The notes under the pieces: generated by a model
The model's input: only the letters and a program-made list of their open reading frames with translations
Databases searched by the model: none
What the model was told of the DNA's origin: nothing
Assembly (NCBI RefSeq): GCF_000143415.4
Contig: NW_003314276.1
Span: forward strand, 319,537-383,111
DNA: 63,575 bases
DNA from: Selaginella moellendorffii
Taxonomy: Eukaryota; Plantae; Lycopodiophyta
Reading direction: 5' to 3'
Position numbers and translations under genes: made by a program
In this document: one piece after another, positions 39,042 to 50,300 of the stretch
Layout of the letters: each line of letters starts with the position of its first letter
How positions within the stretch are numbered: the stretch's first letter is position 1

Positions 39042-39645
39042 TGTAAGCTCTTGAATTTGGACTTCCCGGGAGGCCACCTAAGGAAGTGCTCAAGAACAGC
39101 TCCCACTCCCGAAAGGGAAACCAACTGCGGTGCTCCTGGCTCTTGTGGAGTGGTGCCCCACTTGAGTACCTTGTGGCTCATTGGTCCTCGCCCTTCCTAG
39201 GGGCTTGGGCCTTCCCTTCGGGATAGAAGTGGGAGGGTAGAGGTACCCATACCGAGCTGTTAGGCCACAGTGTTTTGCCCTGGTGTCCCGAAGCAAGTGT
39301 TGCACCCAAGGTTTAGAGGGTCCCATGATCAAGTCTTGTTATACCAAGGGGTGTTAGGAACCTGGAGGCTTGGTGTGCTTGGCTGCTTGTGCCTGCGGGG
39401 AGTGTAGTCGAACCTTAAGTCCAGTCTAACCCGAGGAGGGGGATTGGGAGAGATTTGGGAATCCGTATATGGATGGCTAACGCTCCATTGCTTGTGCAGT
39501 GAGTAGCTGAAACCATGTAAGACTAAGTAGTAACTGGTACAATAGGCAGGAACCTTGGCGAGGGAACTTAGCAAAACCCAAGGCAGTGTTGGTTGGATAG
39601 ACGAGGTAAGCTGGCAAATTGGAAATGAAATATTTGTGGCTTACA
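39042..39645 (-). mobile_element. 604-bp solo LTR-like insertion whose 3' terminus matches Cassandra
   Basis: TGTAAGC...GCTTACA termini and perfect TSD CGACT. 39042-39078 is the reverse complement of the Cassandra LTR end. Confidence 0.85.
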
Positions 39646-41775
39646 CGACTTCACCCTAGATGATCCAAGAGCCCTAGACAATCCAAGAGATCAGCAGTGT
39701 GAAGAAGAGGGTACACATTCAGGATCGTCACTTCATTTAATAGACGATAGTTGATGCAGAAATGAATACTCCCATTAGGCTTCGTCACAAGATGAGGTTC
39801 ACATGCACAAGGACTCTGCAACTTTTGAATAATACCCTTCTCCAACATCTCCTTAACGTTTACACGTAAAATCTTGATCTCTTTGGATGACTGACAACGA
39901 ATAGGAACCTTGATTGGACGAGCATTCCCGGTTAGAATCGGATGACATGTGGCAATCTTGGCCCTAGATGATAGGTCAAAGTCAAAGAGATCAAAATACT
40001 CCTTCATGAGCTGGTTAACCTCTGCAACACAAAGATTGTCGGAGGGATCGGAAAAGGGAAGATCAGAACATGATAGAAACATAGGAGGTAATAGTGGGAG
40101 ACAAAAGTAATGGAAGCAAAGGTAGAAGTAGAGGGACTAAAACATACAGAAGTGAGAGGAATGAATGAAACATAAGGAAATATGAGACAAAGGGGAGAAG
40201 CCTCAAAATCACACTTGGCATGATTGCGCTGCAACTAATCCATACCAAGGATGAGGTCAAAAGCTTGACTCGGCACCACCCACAAGGACTGCAACTCAAG
40301 CGCGAGATCGCCCATATGCACAACCAGGTCCACCTAATCCCGTGCATATGCATGTGTACGGTTGTTGCCATATAGAATGAAAACTAGTTCTGCCGCATGA
40401 CGCAAATGTAAACGGTAACGTGTAGCAACAGGTTGAGCAATAGAAGATAAACTCGAACCTGTATCAACTAACACGGAGAGAATAATAGAAGACTTCTTGT
40501 TATAAAAATGAACTTAGAAAGTAAATACTGGATGAACCGGTGCCAAGTGAACCCCTTGATGATACTCCTAAAAGAAAGATGGAGGGGTCACTGACTTATT
40601 CGCGCAAGGTCCCTCCATTACTCACACGACTCCTTGTTTCTCTGATGCATCGTGGTGTCTAGACCTTCTATTGCAGCAGCACCAATACGACATTGTTGAT
40701 GCCAAGGTCTTAACCTAGGAAATGGAGGTCACCAATCTAGAAAATGCTGATAATGCCGATAAGTGTGCCCAACTTCATCACATGCCCAACAGCAAATGTC
40801 ACGGCCAGGACCATGTCCTTGCCTTTGTCCTTAAACTTGAGCAGCAGCAGCATCAACCTCCATTGGAACGGGACCATCGCGTACAAAAAGAGGAGCAGAA
40901 GGATAGGCAGCAAATAGTGGAAGAGGCAACGTCTCATAATGTTGTGCCAAGTGAAGAGCATCGTCAAGGGTGGCTAGAGCAAGTGCATGCACAAGTCCGA
41001 CAAGATCTTGACGAAGTGCTAGCCAAACATTCTTAGCTTGATCTGCTCTAATATATTTGGCTTCAAACGAAGCAAAAGACTTCGGAAACAAACACCAAAT
41101 TTCATCACCAACTCAGATGGCCTTTGGCAAAGACGATGCAATTGTTGGAACGCATCATCACAATCATCAGCATGTCCGAATGTGCGTTTAAAGACGTTCG
41201 GGAGAACACTCCAATCCCCACGAGTGGCTGCACTCAAACCATTGTACCATTGCAACGCTATCCTTTGGAGACACATCGTAAACTGACGCAAACGTTGAGC
41301 ATCATCCCAAGAATGATATGTGGCAATCACTGTGAAGTGATCGAACATATGGTACACATCATCCCCAAGATTCCGGCAAAAAAACGCTGGTTGAACGCGA
41401 GGATTGGCACTAAGAGCAGGAGGAGTTGTACCACATGCCATGAATGCCACCATCAACTGAGTTTGGTTGTTCAATTGCAAACACATAACATTAAACAATT
41501 GTACCAATTGCTACTCCAGAGTCAAAGGAGGAGATTGCTACCATAAAGATGAACGAAAAGAAAAGAATGAAAGAAGAAGAATGACAAAAGCTAAAAGGAA
41601 ATGGAGACCTAGACAATGCAAAAAGTTATATCTAAACCAAAATCCTAAAGGGAAAGAATAAAAGAAAGAAAATGGAAAAAGTTAGATCTAGATGATGCAA
41701 AAGTTAGATCTCAACCAAAATCCCAAATCCAAGCACTCCTTAGGGACAATCAAAGGTGCCCTTTATCTCCACTAA

Positions 41776-41951
41776 TGTGAGTGCATGGAATATGAAAAGG
41801 GAATATAGAAAATATGCATATCAATTAGCCCAAAAACCCTAATTTATATATAAGAGTGAGTGGTCTAAATTGAAACCAATCCGACAGCTATCAAAATCCT
41901 ACTATGCTAATATTAGTATACAGCATCGTAGCTGTACACTTGGCCCTCACA
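41776..41951 (-). repeat. 5' LTR (176 bp) of the minus-strand gypsy
   Basis: TG...CA termini, followed on the minus strand by TAGTGGAGATAAAGGG (decayed PBS). Confidence 0.9.
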
Positions 41952-43079
41952 ATTTTAATTTTACTCTAAATTAAGTATTTTATACCTTTATACTATATTT
42001 TATATTTTTTAAAATTTCTTACTGAAATTTCATATCTCAAATTGCTTTATTTCAAATTCATCTTTAAAACATACAGAATTTGAGTTTTTCAATATTCCAT
42101 CTGATTTAGTTATGTTTATATAAATATTTTTCTCAGCTGTACTTTTATTAAAACTTTTATTCTTATTTAATTTTATAAATTTAAATTATCACAAACTTAT
42201 TTTATATACATATATTTATTCACTACATACAATTATCTAGATTTGTTAGCATGTAATTATAAGATATATATAGACATAAAATTTAAACTGGTAAATTTTA
42301 TTAGAACACTGGTATATTGGAAACTGAGTTTTGATGTGTCATGAGTCCATCATAATGAATTAATGATGTTTATCTAAGATCATAATTATCATTAATAATA
42401 AATATTTTAGTTGTGTTATTCTATAACAAATATATATTTCACAGGCACATATATTTTGCAAAAGGAGATATCTCAGAAGATGAAACTAGGAGATTATAAT
42501 TATAAGATAATATTTTGTATATAATTTTAATGGTCACAGAATTCCACTATAGTATATTTATATAATAAGTATAAATAGTATAATTATGGGTAATCTATAG
42601 TTTACCTATTATTGCTAAAATATTCACTTTTAGCAGTATACTTTCCATTACTCACACATCTTACTGATGGTCTAAAAGAAAAGTATTTTGTATTTAAATA
42701 ATTTAAGATGTTTTAGATATTTCAAATATATATTAAGGTAAAATAAATGAAACCTTTATGATAAGACTAACATCAGTTGTTGTAGTGCTTTAAATTTATA
42801 TATTTTTTATAATATTTAAGGAAATATCAGAAGATAAATGTGGAAGTTTCATGTGTATTTCAATTGTCAGCTTTTCATTTTTATTGTTTCTTTATATTAA
42901 GAATAAATATTTAAGAATGAGATTTCATAGGTGGCAAAGTTCTTGATTGTAGGAAGAAGTTCCTACAATTGAACTTCTTAGATTTGTAGGAAGCAGAATC
43001 GAAGACACTTCTTCGATTCTTCTGTATAGAAGAATTGATATTATTGTGGTATTATGATTTTTAAATATATATTCTATAA

Positions 43080-44159
43080 TTACATTAACCTCAAAAGACA
43101 TGTACTTTGGTGTTCATTGGATCACGAATAAAAGGCACATTGAGATTGTAAACATCTATCACTTTGGCTTCACTTCCATCATCTTGGATCATTGACAGAA
43201 CTTTACAATCTGTAGAGACAGACCAGATATTCCTCTAGCTGCTTGCTGTGTGGAACATTAACTTGTAGTTATATACATGAGTACAATCCATGAGTTGTTG
43301 TCACGATCATGCCTCAACAATCTATACATGATGGGCTTATAGATTTGGTTGGAGTGTACAAAGCAGTGTGGCCCACACAATGCAATTATATGCATCTCTT
43401 TCAGGAAAGATCTTGTGCTAATAAAACAAGTGATGATTTGGAAAACCGACCACCAGCTATCATAATCATCTCATGGTCATTGATGATGAGCACAAGGTGA
43501 AGACTTAGAGGATCCCATCAATCATCCACCGGAGTGTACATCTCAGCTATTGGATACATCCCCACATAAATGTCACCCACTACGTAGAGTCAGCCATCCA
43601 TAACCACAGAGGCACACAACGTTCAAGGACACAGTATTAATGCTAAGGAACTCCATTGATTCATGTATAGTTTGAAGATGCTTAATGTTGTCATATAATC
43701 CCATCCACTAATAAGATAGTCAACTATAATATTATACACTCTATTAAAATTGTAGTTGAGTGGGCGTATGGTCATGCTGTGAAGAGCTTGACACACAAAT
43801 CCTCCCGTGTTCTGATGTGGAATAATGATCCACTCTTTCTTGGTACTTTTGGGATTGAATGCCATGATCAAGACCTCTTTCCCATCATTAAGAAACACTG
43901 TTGCCATGAGTATGTCTTCATTCAACCCTTGCATAGAACAATCATCGTAGAACTTGGCACTAGAGACAAGATTCCTCCATGCACTACTCACTTTACACAT
44001 CTGCCCATGGGCTGATAGTGGCACTCGCAAGAGGCACTGATATGCGGCATCATCATCTAATCTGGGAATCAGTGTTGTTGTTGCCATGGTTGAGGGACCT
44101 ATTTGTCTTAGGCAGATCTTGTTTGTCCCATCACCATTCCCGCCCATTGCACACTTCAT
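43080..44159 (-). pseudogene. F-box/kelch-repeat protein pseudogene
   Basis: F-box LIPRLDDDAAYQCLLRVP...VSSAWRNLV. Kelch repeat P*TLCASVVMDG*LYVVG...AEMYTPVDD*WDPL contains three in-frame TGA stops. 3' end approximate. Confidence 0.88.
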
Positions 44160-45525
44160 AGATGATGCCCCATTAACCTCAAAGGAAAGCCACACTTGAT
44201 CTTTGCTCTAGCTTTCTTGGTGTTGATTTGCTCCTGACTATGACAACCTTCCTCTTGCTCTTGCAATTCCTAGCACCACCTACCTCTATTCATTGTATCT
44301 CTCACATTCTTCATGATGCCCATACCCAAGAATCAGTACCCGTGCTATTTGCTGCATACTTGATGGATTGCACCCCAACACCAAGAAAAACCTCATACCT
44401 GGTGGATGCCCTCTGCTCCTTGGCACTGACTTTCTTCTCTTAGCTATGGCATAAACCCTACTCACACAATCTGTCCCTTCTCAAGCAGGTTTTTATAAGG
44501 AATTTATACCGCACATTTTTTTTTTGTGAAAATGAACTCCAGAACATGGTCTTACTGCTGGAACGTTCAAATAGACAGGGTGAAAACCTTGCCCCCATTG
44601 ATAATTCCCATACAAAACAATCCAGGCTCTTGCATGGGCACCAAGTAATATGCCCACATGAATCTAAACCACAAGAGAATGGATAAGGGCACTTCTACTT
44701 TTTTATTGAAGCTTGTATAACTGTAGTGATGTACGAGGTGAATAAACATTTGTTGTGTTTGTTTGATTGTGAAGAAACATTGTTTTCTTGACATATAAAT
44801 AGAATGATAACTGATTTGTTTTATATATATTCATCATCTGGTTGTATACTGTTTCTAAATTTCACACCTGTTTACTTAATTCACTTGTATTTCATTCATA
44901 TTTGACGTATAACATCATGACATTATATTAACTAACTAGTCATTGTACGTTACAAAACTCATCTCCCTTTTTCACAAAGTTAGCTTTTGGGAAAAAAGTG
45001 TTTTTTTTTTTTGAGTCATAGTATTGTTTACATGATTGCAATGTGCTTACTCTTTTTCTTCTTACCCACTTAGATTTTTACATGGAAATATGGTTAGGGA
45101 TATGATGATTGTCAAGTTCAAGATGCCAACATGTTGTGTTTCCAGGGTAGTGAGCTGATTAGCTTTTTTGGAGCTTAATAGTGATGAGGGCCTGATAGAG
45201 ATTCAAGATGTAATGCAACCACAATGTTGTATATGAAGGAAGGGTGTCAGTGCCAACTTGCCAAGGAGAAAAAAGGTGATATATGCTCATATCCAAGTTA
45301 TTAGGGTGACACCATCTAGCCAGCAATATTGCAAGCTAGCATTAGATAATAAGAGTGATGCACATTTATTTCTTGATGATCATATAGGTAGAATAGGAAA
45401 TCTATTTATATTCCACACTTTGACAATGCATGCATGGGCTTTTGGTTACACAAATACTACTATAAATTATAATTTAAGATTTTTATAACTTATTCTATAT
45501 TATTTTAATATCATAAAAATCATGA

Positions 45526-45700
45526 TGTGAGGGCCAAGTGTACGGTTACAATGCCATATACTAATGTTAGCGTAGTGGGATTTTGGTAGCCGTCGGATTA
45601 GTTTCAATCTGGACCACTCGCTCCTGTATATAAGCTAGGGTTTTTGGGCTAATTAATATGCATATTTCTGTATTCCCTTTCCATATTCCAAGCACTCACA
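45526..45700 (+). repeat. 5' LTR (175 bp) with TATATAA box
   Basis: TGTGAG...CTCACA 6-bp terminal inverted repeat. Confidence 0.92.
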
Positions 45701-45701
45701 T

Positions 45702-45712
45702 TGGTGGAGTTG
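45702..45712 (+). promoter_or_regulatory. Primer binding site, tRNA-Ala type
   Basis: TGGTGGAGTTG here and TAGTGGAGATA in the other copy give a consensus TGGTGGAGATG, complementary to the tRNA-Ala 3' end (CAUCUCCACCA). Confidence 0.7.
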
Positions 45713-45933
45713 AAGGGCACCTTTGATTGTCCTTGAGGAGTGCTTGGATTTGGGATTTTGATTTAGATCTAGCTTTTGCATTGTCTAGATCTAGCTTTTT
45801 CCATTTCCTTCTTTTTGTTCTTTCCTTTCAGGATTTTGGCTTAGATCTAGCTTTTTGCATTGTCTAGATCTACCATTTCCTTCTAGCTTTTTGTCATTTC
45901 TCTTCTTTTGCTCTTTCTTTTTCATTTGTCTCC

Positions 45934-46866
45934 ATGGCAGATCAACAATCTCCTCTTTTGACTCTCGAGCAGTAGTTGGTCCAATTGCTTGATGCTATGC
46001 GCTTGCAATTGAACAACCAAACTCAATTGATGGCGGCATTCACGGCACGTGGTCCACCTCCTCCTGCTCTTGGTGCCAATCCTTGCGTTCGGCCGGAGTT
46101 CTTTCGTGGGAATCCTGGGGATGATGTGTACCATTGGTTTGATCACTTCATGGTGATTGCCACATATCATTCTTGGGATGATGCTCGACGGTTGCGTGAG
46201 TTTCCCATGTGTCTTCAAAGGACGGCATTGCAGTGGTACAATGGTTTGAGTGCAGCCATTCGTGGGGATTGGAGTGTTCTCCCAGACGTCTTCAAACGCA
46301 CCTTTGGACATGCCGATGATTGTGATGATGCTTTCCAACAATTGCATTGTCTTCGCCAAGGGCCATCTGAGTCGGTGATGCAATTTGGCATTCATTTCCG
46401 AAGTCTTTTGCTTCGTGCGGAGCCAAATATGTCGGAGCGGATCAAGCTAGGAATGTTGTGGCCAGCACTTCGTCAAGATCTTGTCGGACTTGTGCATGCA
46501 CTTGCTCTTGCCACCCTTGACGATGCTCTTCACTTGGCACAACGTTATGAGACGTCGCCTCTTCCACTTCTCGCTGCACGTCCTTCCACTCCACTTCCTA
46601 TGTGTGATGGTCCTGTTCCAATGGAGGTTGATGCTGCTGCTGCTCGAGTCCAAGGACAAGCGCGAGGACGTGGTCGTGGCCGTGATGTTCGCTGTTGGGC
46701 GTGTGATGAAGTTGGTCATACTTATCGGCGTTGCCATCGTTTTTCGGATTGGCGACCTCCATTTCCTGGGTGGAGACCTTGGCGTCAGCAACGTCCCGTG
46801 GGTGCTGCTGCAGTGGAAGGTCTAGACACCGAGATGAATCTGGGAAACGAGGAGTCATGCGAGTAA
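45934..46866 (+). pseudogene. gag: Gag with CCHC zinc knuckle and one premature TAG
   Basis: ATG at 45934, TAG at 45973 (likely from CAG). Motifs ALQWY, GPVPMEVD and CWACDEVGHTYRRC. Confidence 0.92.
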
Positions 46867-46905
46867 TGGAGGGACCTTGCGCGAATAAGTTAGTGACCCC
46901 TCCAT
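46842..46905 (+). promoter_or_regulatory. -1 programmed ribosomal frameshift signal (G GGA AAC plus H-type pseudoknot)
   Basis: The heptamer is in the correct gag phase, followed by a 7-nt spacer. Stem 1 pairs 46856-46863 with 46876-46883 and stem 2 pairs ATGGAGGG with CCCTCCAT. The -1 frame leads into the protease. Confidence 0.8.
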
Positions 46906-49900
46906 CTTTCTTTTAGGAGTATCATCAAGGGGTTCACTCGGCACCGGTTCATCCAGTATTTACTTTCCAATCTCGTTTTTATAACAAGAGGTCTCCTATT
47001 ATTCTCTCCGTGTTGGTTGATACAGGTTCGAGTTTATCTTCTATTGCTCGACTTGTTGCCACACATTGTCGTTTACACTTGTGTCGTGTGGCAGAACCAG
47101 TTTTCATTCTTTATGGCAACGGCTGTACACATACATGTGCACGGGATGAGGTGGACCTGGTTGTGTGTGTGGGTGATCTCGAGCTTGAGTTGCAGCCGTT
47201 GCGGGTGGTGCCGAGTCAAGGTTTTGACCTCATTCTTGATATGGATTGGTTGCAGCGCAATCATGCCAAGTGTGACTTTGAGGCTTCTCCCCCTTGTTTC
47301 ATACTTATGTTTCATCCATTCCTCTCACTTCCATACCTCTTCGTCCCTCTACTTCTACCTCTGCTTCTATTACTTTTGTTCCCCCACTCTTTCCTTTTGT
47401 GTTTCCATCTTGTTCTGCTTTTCCCTTTTTCGATCCCTCCAACGATCTTTGTGTTGCAGTAGTTGACCGGCTTATGAAGGAGTATTCTGATCTCTTTGAA
47501 TTTGACTTATCGTTTGGGGCCAAGATTGCCACACGTCATCCGATTCCAACCGGGGATGCTCGTCCAATCAAGGTTCCTGTTCGTCATCGGTCACCTAAGG
47601 AGATCAAGATTTTACGAGCAAACGTCAAGGAAATGCTGGAGAAGGGTGTTATTCGGAAGTCGCGGAGTCCTTGGGCATGTGAACCTCATCTTGTGACGAA
47701 GCCTGATGGGAGTATTCGTTTTTGCATCGACTATCGTCTGTTAAACAAAATGACGATCCCAGATGTGTATCCTCTTCCTCACACTGCTGATCTCTTGGAT
47801 CGTCTGGGGTGAAGTCGTTGGTTCACCAAGCTAGATCTTGCTTCTGGGTATTGGCAAGTACCGATGGCCGAAGAAGATATTCCTAAGAATGCTTTTCGTA
47901 CACCATTTGGTTTGTACGAGTTCTTGGTGATGCCGTTTGGTTTGAACAATGCTCCAGCAACTTTCCAGCGGATGATGGACGAGGTTCTTTGCAATATGCC
48001 AGAGGTGACTGCTGACTTCATTGATGATGTCTTGATCCACTCGGAGGGGACGTGGGAGGAGCACGTTCGTGATGTTTGTAAAGTGTTGGATCGGCTACGC
48101 AACGTTGTTTTAAAGCTGAAGCGGTCAAAGTACGTGTTTGGGTCCAAAGACACAACTTATCTTGGGTACCATATTTCTCGTGAGGGTTTGCAAGTTGATC
48201 CTGACAAACTTGTGGCTGTTCTAAAGTTCCCTACTCCAAAGTGTGTGAGTGATGTGTAGCGCTTTTTGGGTAAGGTGCAGTATCTCGGTTGTTTTGTGGA
48301 TCATCTTTCCGATCGCACTACACCATTGCGAGCGTTGCTGAAGTCATCAACGTCATCTTTCATCTGGTCTCCAGATTGTGAGCGAGCGTTCGTGGATCTC
48401 AAAGAACTATTGACGACTCCTTCGGTTTTGGCATATCCTAATACACTCGACCTTTTATTTTGCACGTGGATGCTTCTGACATTGGTCTTGGAGGTGTGTT
48501 GATGCAAGAGAGCTCGAGTGTGCTGGGTCAGTGCCATCCCATTGCATACATAAGCCGTACATTACAACCAGCGGAGATGAACTACTCCACGACGGAAAAT
48601 GAGTGTTTAGCAGCAGTCTGGGGTTTCGAGAAACTTCATACCTATCTACATAGTTCTCGGACGTTACTTGAAGGTGACCATGCTGCTGTTACTTCATTAT
48701 TGAAGCGGAAGAACCTGGTTAGTCGTACGGCTCGATGGGCTTTGAAGCTTCAGATATATGATTTTGTTGTTGTTCATCGCCCAGGGAGTTCTATGGCTGA
48801 TGCTGATGCCCTTTCTCGAGCTCCTCTTCCTTCTCCACTCACTTCTCATGTTTCTGACGAACCTATTGTTCCAGCATCTATGGATTTTCTAGATGAGGAT
48901 TCTGTGCCATCGGCGGTTGCTGTCCTTGACGTTCAGTGTCCACAAGTTGCAGAGCAAGATCTACCTTCTGTTGATGAGGTTCGCGAGGGTCAAAAGATTG
49001 AGCTGTGGATTCGAAGGCTTCGAGATGGGTTTGAGAATCCTACATCCCTTGCTGATGACTTGCCTTTCCAGCATTTACATTCTCAATATCGCCTTGACGA
49101 TGGCCTTCTTTATTTTGTGGGGACGGATCCTGATGATCATTTACGGCTGGTGGTGCCTTCGGTGTTTATTCCACGGTTTCTCCATGCCTACCATGATTCT
49201 CCTATTCTAGGTGGGCATATGGGACACCATCGTGTCACCGAGAAGTTGCGTAGGTCTTTCTATTGGCCGGAGATGCGACGTGATATTATCCAGTATGTGC
49301 GTAGCTGCGTTTGGTGCCAAGCTCGTAATACTCCCCCTCGTGCTGCAGAAGGACGGTTGGAGTCAATTGCGGTTTCCCGTCCGTTTGAGTTAGTGGCATT
49401 TGATCTTATGGGACCTTTTCCACGGTCGACTGCTGGCAATGAGTATGTTATTATTGCTTCTGACTACTTGACTCGTTGGGTGGAAGTTGGTGCTCTTGCT
49501 AGCACCTCTGCAACTGCTGTTGGATACTTCCTCCTCAATCGAGTGGTGTTCCAGCATTCTTGTCCAGAGCAGATTCTTTCGGATAATGGTCCGGCATTTA
49601 TGGCTGAGGCATTTCATATTTTGACGTCTCGGTTGGGGATATGCCACACTTTCATGAGTGCTTATCATCCACAATCAGATGGTCTGGTGGAACGGCTTGT
49701 TCAGACATTGAAAGGGATGATTGCGAAGTATGTGAACTTTCAGCATTCGGATTGGGATGGTTATTTGCCGTCTCTTCAGTATGCATATGTTACAGAGGTG
49801 CAGAGTTCTGTTGGTGCTTCACCATATAAACTCCTATATGGTCATGATCCAATATTACCAACGGAGCTGGGTTTACCTTCACGATTGCCACGTGCTACCG

Positions 49901-50060
49901 ATACTAGATCATGGGATCAATATTTGACAAGCATTCTTCCACTTGTCCGAGCAGAGTCTACCGAACACTTAGGCCGCGTACAAGTGGGACAACAACGGCA
50001 CTACAACTCCCATCATCGTCCACCTGCGGAGTACAAAGTGGATGATTTTGTGTTAGTTGT
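46848..50060 (+). pseudogene. pol: Pol: aspartic protease, RT, RNase H, integrase, with a few stops and frameshifts
   Basis: LVDTGSS; [28 protein letters not shown]; VDASDIGLGGVL, NYSTTENECLA; HHCC finger and D-D-E (FDLMGP, SDNGPAF, GLVER). Confidence 0.95.
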
Positions 50061-50300
50061 GCAATCACTAGTGGGGGAGTCATGGATGCCAATAATCCCT
50101 CCAAAGTAGATTGTGTTGTTATTAAGAGAGGGCTTGTGATTCATAAACTCCAAGAACTCTTAGATAAAAACACCAGCCTTCACAAAGTCCACAAAGAGTT
50201 GGAGCTGTTGATGAAATTATAGGTAATCAAACTTTAAAAGGTTACAAAATATTTTTCTTTGTTTAACATAGCAATTACATAAAGAGAAACACAAGTAAGA

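Larger units (their letters stand above)
36530..41544 (-). pseudogene. Degenerate gag-pol (gag, PR, RT, RNase H, C-terminally deleted integrase)
   Basis: ORF pieces 41019-41507 (gag), 39651-40082 and 37882-38124 (RT), 37234-37671 (RNase H, NYSTIEKECLAAVW) and 36694-37131 (integrase Zn finger and core). Colinear with 45934-49710. Confidence 0.93.
28195..41951 (-). mobile_element. Ty3/gypsy element with short LTRs, containing the 188-bp array and two nested insertions
   Basis: 5' LTR at 41951-41776, PBS, gag/pol remnants, PPT GAGAGGAGGGGATGA, 3' LTR at 28362-28195. ATTT flanks both ends (possible 4-bp TSD, weak in AT-rich DNA). Confidence 0.88.
45526..50060 (+). mobile_element. Second, better-preserved copy of the short-LTR Ty3/gypsy, 3'-truncated
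   Basis: LTR at 45526-45700, PBS, then gag and PR-RT-RH-INT in gypsy order. No 3' LTR seen. Confidence 0.95.
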
